The position numbers were made by a program, and so were the translations under genes. DNA of 64,000 nt from Eubacteriales bacterium (GTDB lineage Bacteria; Bacillota; Clostridia; Oscillospirales; CAG-272), in NCBI GenBank assembly GCA_045634485.1, contig JAZRAJ010000091.1:166-64165 (forward strand). Direction: 5' to 3'. Under the pieces are notes generated by a model. That model worked only from the letters and a program-made list of their open reading frames with translations. It ran no database searches and had not been told where the DNA came from. This document shows, in pieces, positions 14,406 through 22,470 of the stretch (position 1 is the first letter of the stretch; each line of letters starts with the position of its first letter).

Positions 14406-15206
14406 ATGATTTTGGCAGATAAGATTATTAGATTGCGAAAAAAGAATGGTTGGTCACAAGAGGAGCTTGCAGATAAAATGAATGTATCCAGACAAGCTGT
14501 TTCAAAATGGGAAAGTGCGCAAAGCATCCCCGATTTAGAAAAAATATTACAGCTTAGCAAGTTGTTTTGTGTTACAACAGATTATTTGTTAAAGGATGAT
14601 ATTGAGGATGAAGAATTTACGAATGATTCGTATGATGCGTCCGTTAAAAAAATCACCATAGAAGAGGCGAACATTTATCTCAATCAAAGAAAAAAAGCTT
14701 CTTGGCGTATTGCGCTTGCTACATTTTTATGCATTATATCTCCCATAACTCTCATTATTTTGACTATATTATCGGAACAACCTAATTCTATTGTAACGGA
14801 AATAACAGCATGCGTAATTGGATTAATTGTTTTGTTTGCTGTTGTTTTGTGTGCTGTTCCGATTTTTATCTATTGCGGATTTAAAAACCAGCCGTATGAA
14901 TTTCTTGATAAGAATATTCCATTTGAGCTTGAATACGGAGTTAGAGGATTGGTAAACGAAAAGAAGAAAGCTTTAAGAACTGCTTATGTTACTTATAATA
15001 TAATCGCAACCTGTTTATGTATTTTTTCTGTTATTCCACTAATTTTATTATCTTTTACGGAAAACGAGGTGCTTATTGCGGTTGCACTTGCTGTAGCTTT
15101 AGTTATTGTAGGTGTAGGCGTAGGAATGTTTATCGTAGTCGGAACTCAAAACGCAAGTATGCAAAGGCTTCTTAAAGAGGGGCACTTCGCTGAAAATCAG
15201 CGTTAA
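14406..15206 (+). CDS. membrane-anchored XRE-family HTH protein (266 aa)
   Basis: GAGG RBS before ATG 14406. HTH_3 motif (IRLRKKNGWSQEELADKMNVSRQAVSKWESAQSIPDLEKILQLSKLF), followed by about 4 hydrophobic helices. Confidence 0.8.
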   Translation: MILADKIIRLRKKNGWSQEELADKMNVSRQAVSKWESAQSIPDLEKILQLSKLFCVTTDYLLKDDIEDEEFTNDSYDASVKKITIEEANIYLNQRKKASWRIALATFLCIISPITLIILTILSEQPNSIVTEITACVIGLIVLFAVVLCAVPIFIYCGFKNQPYEFLDKNIPFELEYGVRGLVNEKKKALRTAYVTYNIIATCLCIFSVIPLILLSFTENEVLIAVALAVALVIVGVGVGMFIVVGTQNASMQRLLKEGHFAENQR

Positions 15207-15232
15207 AATAAAGATTTTACGGAGATAGTTAT

Positions 15233-15766
15233 ATGAAAAATAAAAATACTGATTTTAAAGAAATTGGTGGTTTTAGCGTTAATGACAAGAAACCACAAAC
15301 GGTATTGTCGGTAATGTTTTTGCTGATAGCAGGTGTTGGCGCAGGTATTGTGTTTCTTACTCAAGCATATGCAAACAATGTCGTTCCCGTTTGGGTAATA
15401 ATATTGTCGGTAATTGCTTTTATCATCATACACGAATTGATACACATTGTATTTATGTCTGCTTTTTCAAAAGGTAAGATTAATGCTAAAATCAAATTTC
15501 CTACGATAGCTGTTGGTTCAGATGCGTATTTTAGTAAAGTGCAATATGTAATTATCGCATTAGCGCCTGTTATTATTTTGGGAATAGCGAGCTTGATTTG
15601 CTTATTATTGCTTCCACACAAGCTATTATTCTCTATATTATTAGTATTAAATTTTGCTACTGCAAGTGGAGATTATATTTTAACTTATTATGCATTAAAG
15701 CAAAATAAGAATACATATTTTGTGGATATGGCAGAAAAAACAATAATTTATTCACAATGCGATTGA
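15233..15766 (+). CDS. polytopic membrane protein with HExxH motif (DUF3267-like putative zincin peptidase)
   Basis: IIHELIHIVF (HELIH) at a helix end. Several TM helices. 177 aa. Confidence 0.65.
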   Translation: MKNKNTDFKEIGGFSVNDKKPQTVLSVMFLLIAGVGAGIVFLTQAYANNVVPVWVIILSVIAFIIIHELIHIVFMSAFSKGKINAKIKFPTIAVGSDAYFSKVQYVIIALAPVIILGIASLICLLLLPHKLLFSILLVLNFATASGDYILTYYALKQNKNTYFVDMAEKTIIYSQCD

Positions 15767-15840
15767 TTATAAATGTATTGAGTAAATTGGATATGATATA
15801 ATAATTGTGTTAGTGAATAGTTTAATGAGGTAGTTTATAC

Positions 15841-16446
15841 ATGAATAAATATGAAAAACGTTCCCAAAAAAACTATGATAAAAAAGCAGAAAAATACGAT
15901 TCTACATTTGACGGAAAATTTACTGTAAAATTAAATGAAACCTTATGTGATATGATTTCGACAAATGATGAAGATATTATAGCTGATGTTGCTTGCGGTA
16001 ACGGACGCTTGTTGTATATGCTCGCTCAAAAAAAATCGTTTAAAGGATATGGCGTTGATCTTTCTGAAAAGATGATTTTAGAAGCGAAAAAGCAAAATCC
16101 TAAAATGGATTTTTTCGTTGCGGGGTGTGAAAATCTTCCGTTTAAAAATCAAGAAATAGATATAATGACGGTTTGTGCAGCATTTCATCATTTTCCGGAT
16201 ATTCAAAAATTTGCCCAAGAAGCAGGTAGAGTGATAAAGAAAAATGGAGAATTATATATCGCAGATGTATATTTGCCCACATTTTTCAGATTGATATGTA
16301 ATCCATTTGTGAAGTTGTCAAAATCCGGTGATGTTAAATTTTATTCGCCAAAAGAAATTGTTGAACTGTTTGAAAATAATGGCTTTGTAAAAAATAGCGT
16401 TGAAATAAAAGGTAAGTTTCAACTTATAAAATTACAAAGAATTTGA
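15841..16446 (+). CDS. class I SAM-dependent methyltransferase (201 aa)
   Basis: Motif I DVACGNGRLL. Post-I GVDLSEKM. Methyltransf_11-like layout. Confidence 0.8.
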   Translation: MNKYEKRSQKNYDKKAEKYDSTFDGKFTVKLNETLCDMISTNDEDIIADVACGNGRLLYMLAQKKSFKGYGVDLSEKMILEAKKQNPKMDFFVAGCENLPFKNQEIDIMTVCAAFHHFPDIQKFAQEAGRVIKKNGELYIADVYLPTFFRLICNPFVKLSKSGDVKFYSPKEIVELFENNGFVKNSVEIKGKFQLIKLQRI

Positions 16447-16570
16447 TTGATTTTATCGTAAATATGCATAAAAGGCTGACGAATTTTTAATCGTCAGCCT
16501 TGAATTTTTGATACTTTTTTGATGCTGTACTGTACGGAAATAGTTTCACGGTATAGCACCGAAAAGAAAA

Positions 16571-16744
16571 GTGAAATATTCGGCTTTGCCGAATGTGAAA
16601 TAATCCACTTCGTGAATTGTGAAATATTTCCCTTCGGTCGATGTGAAATGAAATTTGCCCACATTCGCGTCAGCGAATATTTCACATTTGCGGAGCAAAT
16701 ATTTCACAGCAAAGCTATTTCACTTGCCTAAAGGGCAAATTTCG
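16571..16744. repeat. phased heptamer array, second copy (island B integrase-proximal end)
   Basis: GTGAAAT at 16571, 16595, 16619, 16643 (exact 24-bp period). ATTTCAC at 16679, 16701, 16717. ATTTCG at 16739. Spacer examples: ATTCGGC-TTT-GCCGAAT, AATCCAC-TTC-GTGAATT, ATTTGC-GGA-GCAAAT, AGC-AAA-GCT, TTGCCT-AAA-GGGCAA. Confidence 0.85.
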
Positions 16745-16747
16745 TTG

Positions 16748-16781
16748 AAAAAAGCCCAACGCGATTGCGTTAGGCTTTTTT
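16748..16781. terminator. bidirectional hairpin terminator abutting the tRNA-fragment repeat
   Basis: Same sequence as 1810-1843. Confidence 0.6.
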
Positions 16782-16783
16782 CT

Positions 16784-16828
16784 TGGCAGGGGCGGGAGGA
16801 CTCGAACCCGCGACCCACGGTTTTGGAG
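16784..16828 (-). repeat. 45-bp direct repeat of the tRNA-Trp 3' part; att junction between island B and island A
   Basis: Identical to 1846-1890 and 23953-23997. Confidence 0.95.
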
Positions 16829-17000
16829 TGGCTTAAAAGTGCCGTGAAGCCTTGAAAATGCTCGCTTTTTTGCACGTTTCAACGCACTTTTCACACTAAA
16901 CCACGTGTCGTAATTGTGTCTGAAAATTTTTGATGCTTTTTTGATGATATGATAAAATTTCAGCTTACATATTAGCCGCTAACGTACTTTTGACGCTCCT
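16829..17000. repeat. conserved integrase-distal island arm (non-coding)
   Basis: Aligns with 1891-2061. Contains TTGATGC-N5-TTGATGA at 16930-16948. Confidence 0.85.
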
Positions 17001-17031
17001 CAAAATTTGGGGAGCTATAAACAAAGAAGAA
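17001..17031 (+). repeat. cargo-slot boundary repeat, left copy, island A
   Basis: CAAAATTTGGGGAGCTATAAACAAAGAAGAA. Confidence 0.8.
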
Positions 17032-17099
17032 TAATTTATAAAGATGAAAGGCTTAATGTAAAGAAAAAATAATTATTTTAATAAAGATACTTTACTTTT

Positions 17100-17128
17100 A
17101 CGCTGAAATGTGATATAATTTTCAGCGT
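17100..17128 (+). promoter_or_regulatory. abiE promoter -10 embedded in a 9-bp inverted repeat (putative AbiEi operator)
   Basis: ACGCTGAAA-tgtgaTATAAT-TTTCAGCGT. TATAAT is at 17114-17119, and the ATG is 18 nt after the repeat. Confidence 0.55.
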
Positions 17129-17145
17129 AAAAGGTAGGTGGTTTT

Positions 17146-17739
17146 ATGACAAAGACGGAAAAGTTAAATGATTTAATTAAATTAAGTAATGGATATCTTT
17201 ATATTGCCGATGCGGAGAAGCTTGGTATTTCTAAGGTTTATATTCGAGAATACGTTCTTGCTAACAATCTTGAACGTGTGGCGCATGGATTATATAAGTC
17301 TTCTGATGTTTGGACGGATGATCTCTATATTTTGACATTTAATAATAAAAAAGCGGTATATTCATTTGATACTGCTCTTATGTTAAATGGGCTAACCGAG
17401 CGAGAGCCATCGGAAATATTCGTCACTGTATCAAGATCATACAATGCTTCGCACTTGCGTAGTAAGGGTATTATTGTTAATTATGTTAAAGATGAATGGT
17501 TAGATTTAGGGCGAACTGTTGCTAAAACCGTCTATGGGAATGAAGTGTCGGTTTATGATATGGAGAGAACGATTTGCGATATTATTCGTGTGAGGGATAA
17601 AAAAGATCCGCAGATGTTTACCTATGCTATAAAAGAATACGCAAAAAGTGCAAATAAGAATCTCCCAAGACTTATGAAATATGCAAAGGAATTCGGCGTA
17701 GAAGCGGAATTGCGTAAATATATGGAGGTGTTGTTGTGA
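17146..17739 (+). CDS. abiEi: AbiEi-family antitoxin / transcriptional regulator (197 aa)
   Basis: N-terminal winged-helix-like LIKLSNGYLYIADAEKLGISKVYIREYVLANNLERVAHGLY. GTGA overlap with the downstream AbiEii gene. Size and order are typical of AbiE pairs. Confidence 0.8.
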   Translation: MTKTEKLNDLIKLSNGYLYIADAEKLGISKVYIREYVLANNLERVAHGLYKSSDVWTDDLYILTFNNKKAVYSFDTALMLNGLTEREPSEIFVTVSRSYNASHLRSKGIIVNYVKDEWLDLGRTVAKTVYGNEVSVYDMERTICDIIRVRDKKDPQMFTYAIKEYAKSANKNLPRLMKYAKEFGVEAELRKYMEVLL

Positions 17740-18599
17740 TTATAAAGACATCAAGACAACTCAAGGATAAGGTATCGAATCTATCGGGAAATGACAGCAA
17801 GAAAGCGCAGACATTGATAAGAAAATATATGATGGAACGCTTCCTCGCAAGAATATCCCATTCAAAGTATAAAAACAACTTCATCCTCAAGGGTGGAATG
17901 CTCGTTTCTGCGCTTGTAGGCGTAGAATCAAGGGCTACTATGGATATTGATACAACCGTAAGAATGTTGCCTTTAACAAAGGATAATGCAATTGAAGTGA
18001 TTGCCGAAATTATGAAAATAGATCTTGATGACGATATTTCCTATGAAATCAAAAAGGCTGAGGATATTATGGAAGAACACGACTATTCAGGCGTTCGTTT
18101 TACCATTTCGGTAACGCTTGAGAAGCTGCGTGATACCATTAAAATTGACATTTCCACCGGTGATGAAATAACGCCATCTGCTATTGAATTTTCTTATCCT
18201 ATGATGTTTGACGACGAAAGGATTAATATTTGGTCATATAATCTTGAAACTATGCTTGCAGAGAAGCTTGAAACTGTTATTGCAAGATCAACGCTTAATA
18301 CGAGGATGCGTGATTTTTACGATATACATATATTATGGTCAGAAAAAGCAAATATGATCAATATTGAAACGCTTCGTCGTGCAATTATCAATGTTGCTCG
18401 TAAGAGAGGAACTCTTGAACTCTTTGATAATATGGATGAAATTCTTGATGATATTGTGGAAAGCGATTATCTTCGTAATAATTGGAATAATTATAGAAAA
18501 GGCAGTTACTATGTTGGTGACCTTGAATGGGCGGATGTGCTTGAAATAACAGTTAATATACTAAAAAATGAGATTGGAAGCTTGAGCGTTAAGGCGTGA
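17736..18599 (+). CDS. abiEii: AbiEii/AbiGii-family nucleotidyltransferase toxin (287 aa)
   Basis: GTG start overlapping the upstream stop. FILKGGMLVSALVG...RATMDIDT nucleotidyltransferase motif. ETMLAEKLETV and FYDIHIL are typical of the DUF1814 family. Confidence 0.85.
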   Translation: MIIKTSRQLKDKVSNLSGNDSKKAQTLIRKYMMERFLARISHSKYKNNFILKGGMLVSALVGVESRATMDIDTTVRMLPLTKDNAIEVIAEIMKIDLDDDISYEIKKAEDIMEEHDYSGVRFTISVTLEKLRDTIKIDISTGDEITPSAIEFSYPMMFDDERINIWSYNLETMLAEKLETVIARSTLNTRMRDFYDIHILWSEKANMINIETLRRAIINVARKRGTLELFDNMDEILDDIVESDYLRNNWNNYRKGSYYVGDLEWADVLEITVNILKNEIGSLSVKA

Positions 18600-18640
18600 A
18601 AAGATGATTTTATAGTTAAATAAATTATTGCGAGGTTATT

Positions 18641-21600
18641 ATGTCTGAAACGGATAATAAAAAATCAATTATAGATAATATCACACTTAAAGAGCTGATA
18701 GAAAAATATGGATTGCCGATAGATGTGAAAAAATCGTGGTGGTTTGGCGATTACTATTTTCGTGCAGAAAAAATTCAGCATACAGGCGTTGTTGCGGGTA
18801 CAATTTTTAAAGATGGGAAAATACATGAGTCTAAAAGTTTTTCTCAAGGTGAGATTATGCAATTATTGACTCCTTCATCAATTGAAGAAAGTAAAAGTGC
18901 AAAAAAGAAATCTTATATATTCTTGCCTAATCCAAACAAATTGGATACCGATATTACGCATTATATCAAGGGAGAAACTAAACTTTTTGTTAAAAGTGGC
19001 AATTCAATCAAAGTTGCTATTTTTGACCATTTTAGAGAGAAAAATGATCAACTTCTCATATATGTGATTCCAGAAGGGGCAATAAATGTGAAATTCTATC
19101 CTTTCCCACAAAGTGAATTAGTATTTCCAAATAAGGATGATGCCAGAAGTAAAATTGATAAAGAAAGTCGTCGATTTGAAATTTCGCATTCTCGTAATAT
19201 TGTTTCTGCATTTAAGAAAAAACCTAAATCGCGTAAGCCTTCTGAAAATACATCTGATGAGTATGAATATGAACGTGGATATCATCAAAAAGTGGATAGT
19301 AAATTAGAGGATGATTTGCGCATTCCTGAAGAAAATAAACGTGTCGCTCAATACGATTTGGCTTATGCAGATGAAGAATTAAGAGAAGAAATTGTTTCTG
19401 CTCGTGAAAATAAATATATTGTTGACGATCATACTATAATTTCACACAAAATAAGAAAGGAAACTGCTGATTCTCGTATTCTTTCTGCACAAGATGAGAT
19501 ATTAAGAATACGAGGAATACGCAGTAAACCTTATTTTGCACGAATAGATTGTGGAGAAAGTATGCGAGATTTGCATACAGTTTATCTTGGAAATGATGAT
19601 ATTGATGGATATGTTGTTTCTTGGAAAAATGCTGAATACGGTAATGCATATTATCAATCTTCTGTGCTTCAAGGACGACAAGATATTGTTTTAGCTTTAA
19701 AACGTATTGTGGATATTACATATGGTGATTTCAAGGGATATGAAGATGAGATTTCATTATATGCCGATGGTGACATTTTTGAAAAAACAGAGAATGAAAT
19801 TGTTGAAGGAAAGACCGACGAACTTTTGAATAGATTGTTGCTCGAAAGTCGTGCGGATAAGCAAGTCCATGATATTATTAAAACCATACAAGGTGAGCAG
19901 TACGATATTATAACAGCGGATTTCAGAAAAAATGTAATAGTTAACGGATGCGCTGGTTCCGGAAAGACAATGATTATGTACCATCGCCTTTCCTATATGG
20001 CGTATAATTATCAATTATATCTTGGAAAAACACTTGACACTAATTTAGTATATATAATATCTCCGTCGCCGTTTTTTGATTCAAGTAATGATGAATTGTT
20101 AACAAAATTATCAATCGGTACAGTTTATCAAGCGCCATTTTCTAATTTTGTGGATAAACTTCTTGATTTATATTGTTCAAAAAAATCAATAATACCATTC
20201 TATGGATTAACGTCTTACTTGGATGCTCTTGGAGATAGTCCATCTGAATTTTTTAATACGAATGAGTTTAACTCGTTTACCGATGTTATTGAGGCGGTTG
20301 ATGAAAACACTTTGTTATATAAACAATGGGCACTTTCTTTGATAAATCAATTTTTAACGGCACAGAATTTCAAAAAAATTGATTTTGAAGTGATTGCAAA
20401 ATATGCAAATGAGGCTTCTACTTTTTTCTCTTCCTCGGATTATTATTATAATGAGTGTTTTGCAAATAAGAATAATGGTGAAACTAAATATTATTCAAAA
20501 CAAGCCATTGTTGGAATATCTATGGAAAATGTAATCGCTGCTTTAAATACGAAGCATGGAAAATCAAGTGCTATATACAAGCAAAGATTGAAGAAAATAA
20601 CCAAGTATCTTTCTATACTAAGATGTTGTTTATCATTAAAAACAAAGAAAACTTTAGGATCAGAAATTTCAACGGATATATCTGATTTTTGGGACTTGCT
20701 TGATAATACAAAAGTGTTTGAAAAAATGCTGTCAATTATCCTTGCGGAAAGATTGTTTGAATGTATATCCACTTCTGTAAATGTGGAAAGAGGATATATG
20801 CTAAAGTGTTTATATGCTTTTCAAAATACATATAGTAAAAATGAATCTGAAGTTGTAAAATTATATTTTCTACATTCTCTTAGTAAAAAATATGGTGCTA
20901 TTGTATCCGAAGATGCTTTAGTTTTTGTCGATGAATTTCAAAATTATTCTGCTTTCGAGTTGCAATGTGTAAAAGAAGCTTATGAACATCCCGTATTTAA
21001 CCTTTTCGGTGATTACGATCAGCGCATAGAGGAAAAGGGAGCAAACTTGAAAGCTCAATTGAAATCAATTTTAGTAGAACCTAATATATATAATATCAAT
21101 GTGAATTATCGTAATGCGAAACAAATTACAGAATATATTAATAGATGTGTACATAAAAACATGCAATCAATAGGAGTAGATGGATCGGTTATCGAAGTTG
21201 CGCTCGAAGATTGTGATTTTAAACTATCTGATAGAACTGCAATTATTTGCAAGGATATTAAAATGGCATTAACATTTATTAAGCGATATATAGATGCTAA
21301 GCTAATAAATAATTCTACTTCTACTAAAGAATTGGCTATGGATAAATATACATTAATTACTGTTGATGATTCAAAAGGACTTGAATTTGATACTGTGTAT
21401 GTACTAGATTATGGAATGTCAGATAACGAAAAATATGTTGCATATACTCGTGCATTAGATACGCTTATTGTTATTTCAGATGATTTAGAAGCAATAAAAA
21501 AATCTGAAGAGGAGGCAGAGAAAAAAAGAAGAGAGCAGGAACGGTTAACATTAGAAACACGAAAAAAAGAAGAAAATTTTCAAAAACATATTGTTGAGGA

Positions 21601-21874
21601 AAATGCTGAATATGAATTTGAAGAAGAAAAAATAAAAATTCGTGAAGAAGCTGAACGTAAACTACGTATGGAAATTGAACGTCAAGTTCGTGAAGAGATT
21701 GCACATGAAATTCGCGAAGAAATTGAACATCAACTAAGAGAAGAAGCAGATGTTGCTGAGAAGAGAAAAAAAGAATATAATCGAATGTGTAATGTTTGTC
21801 AATATTGTGGAGGACGTTTTAAGGGATTGCTCGTTAAGCGTTGCTCTGCTTGTGGTAAACGAAAAGATTATTAA
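18641..21874 (+). CDS. HelD-like UvrD-family (SF1) helicase with unassigned N-terminal domain, C-terminal E/K/R coiled coil and 4-Cys zinc ribbon (1077 aa)
   Basis: HelD-type segment KPYFARIDCGE...TVYLGNDDIDGYVVSWKNAEYGNAYYQS. Walker A GCAGSGKT (19946-19969). DEFQN Walker B. GLEFDTVYVL...YVAYTRALDTLIVI. Tail REEIAHEIREEIEHQLREE, then CNVCQYCGG...CSACGKR. Confidence 0.8.
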   Translation: MSETDNKKSIIDNITLKELIEKYGLPIDVKKSWWFGDYYFRAEKIQHTGVVAGTIFKDGKIHESKSFSQGEIMQLLTPSSIEESKSAKKKSYIFLPNPNKLDTDITHYIKGETKLFVKSGNSIKVAIFDHFREKNDQLLIYVIPEGAINVKFYPFPQSELVFPNKDDARSKIDKESRRFEISHSRNIVSAFKKKPKSRKPSENTSDEYEYERGYHQKVDSKLEDDLRIPEENKRVAQYDLAYADEELREEIVSARENKYIVDDHTIISHKIRKETADSRILSAQDEILRIRGIRSKPYFARIDCGESMRDLHTVYLGNDDIDGYVVSWKNAEYGNAYYQSSVLQGRQDIVLALKRIVDITYGDFKGYEDEISLYADGDIFEKTENEIVEGKTDELLNRLLLESRADKQVHDIIKTIQGEQYDIITADFRKNVIVNGCAGSGKTMIMYHRLSYMAYNYQLYLGKTLDTNLVYIISPSPFFDSSNDELLTKLSIGTVYQAPFSNFVDKLLDLYCSKKSIIPFYGLTSYLDALGDSPSEFFNTNEFNSFTDVIEAVDENTLLYKQWALSLINQFLTAQNFKKIDFEVIAKYANEASTFFSSSDYYYNECFANKNNGETKYYSKQAIVGISMENVIAALNTKHGKSSAIYKQRLKKITKYLSILRCCLSLKTKKTLGSEISTDISDFWDLLDNTKVFEKMLSIILAERLFECISTSVNVERGYMLKCLYAFQNTYSKNESEVVKLYFLHSLSKKYGAIVSEDALVFVDEFQNYSAFELQCVKEAYEHPVFNLFGDYDQRIEEKGANLKAQLKSILVEPNIYNINVNYRNAKQITEYINRCVHKNMQSIGVDGSVIEVALEDCDFKLSDRTAIICKDIKMALTFIKRYIDAKLINNSTSTKELAMDKYTLITVDDSKGLEFDTVYVLDYGMSDNEKYVAYTRALDTLIVISDDLEAIKKSEEEAEKKRREQERLTLETRKKEENFQKHIVEENAEYEFEEEKIKIREEAERKLRMEIERQVREEIAHEIREEIEHQLREEADVAEKRKKEYNRMCNVCQYCGGRFKGLLVKRCSACGKRKDY

Positions 21875-21881
21875 AATATCT

Positions 21882-21909
21882 TTTTTAGTTTTTAGTTTTT
21901 AGTTTTTAG
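21882..21909 (+). repeat. tandem heptamer (TTTTTAG)x4
   Basis: Read directly, just after the helicase stop codon. Confidence 0.9.
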
Positions 21910-21931
21910 TTTGGCTAATTGGTTTACTTCT

Positions 21932-21965
21932 CCAAATTTGGGGCGCAATAAACAAAGAAAAAGAA
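21932..21965 (+). repeat. cargo-slot boundary repeat, right copy, island A
   Basis: CCAAATTTGGGGCGCAATAAACAAAGAAAAAGAA. Confidence 0.8.
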
Positions 21966-22007
21966 ATTTTCAAAATCAAGCGTTTTTTAGATGTGCAAAA
22001 CAATAGT

Positions 22008-22067
22008 GAGCATCAGAAGAATTTACGGAGTTTATCCGTGTTCTTTCGATGCTCATTTTTTGTTTTT
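22008..22067 (+). terminator. long-stem intrinsic terminator (conserved backbone element)
   Basis: GAGCATC-AGAAGAA-TTT-ACGGA-GTTTA-TCCGT-G-TTCTTTC-GATGCTC, followed by ATTTTTTGTTTTT. Confidence 0.65.
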
Positions 22068-22470
22068 GAGAGTGGAGAATAATTCTAATTTCGCTCATTT
22101 ATGGGCAATTTTGAGCCGAAAATCTCCGCCGTATTTTTTTGCAGGAATAAGCAAAGTCACCTTTCGGCGACTTTTGCGTTTTACATCGGTCGGCAACGCC
22201 GACCGAAAAGGGCGAAAAAGGCAGATGCTGCAAGGGCTTTTGAGGTTCGGGCGTGGGTGATTTTTGTTTTTTGAATTAGGGACAATTTTTCGAGTTTGTA
22301 GAGCCATTGGGGACAAGATTGCGAAAAAGTCCCATATTACAAGGAAAGTTGCGGCGACTTTCGTGCGCATTTAAAATAATTGTGTCTTGTATGATAACTT
22401 TTTCAAAATCGCTGGATATTCGAAAAATCTTGTGGTATTGTTGTAGTAAAAAAGTAAAGGAGGTTTAATT

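Larger units (their letters stand above)
1891..16783. mobile_element. island B (~14.9 kb) carrying the WYL/dynamin operon, an integrase and a 3-gene second cargo
   Basis: Flanked by perfect 45-bp direct repeats of the tRNA 3' end. Contains an integrase and a conserved backbone. AT-rich relative to the core DNA to the right. Confidence 0.85.
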
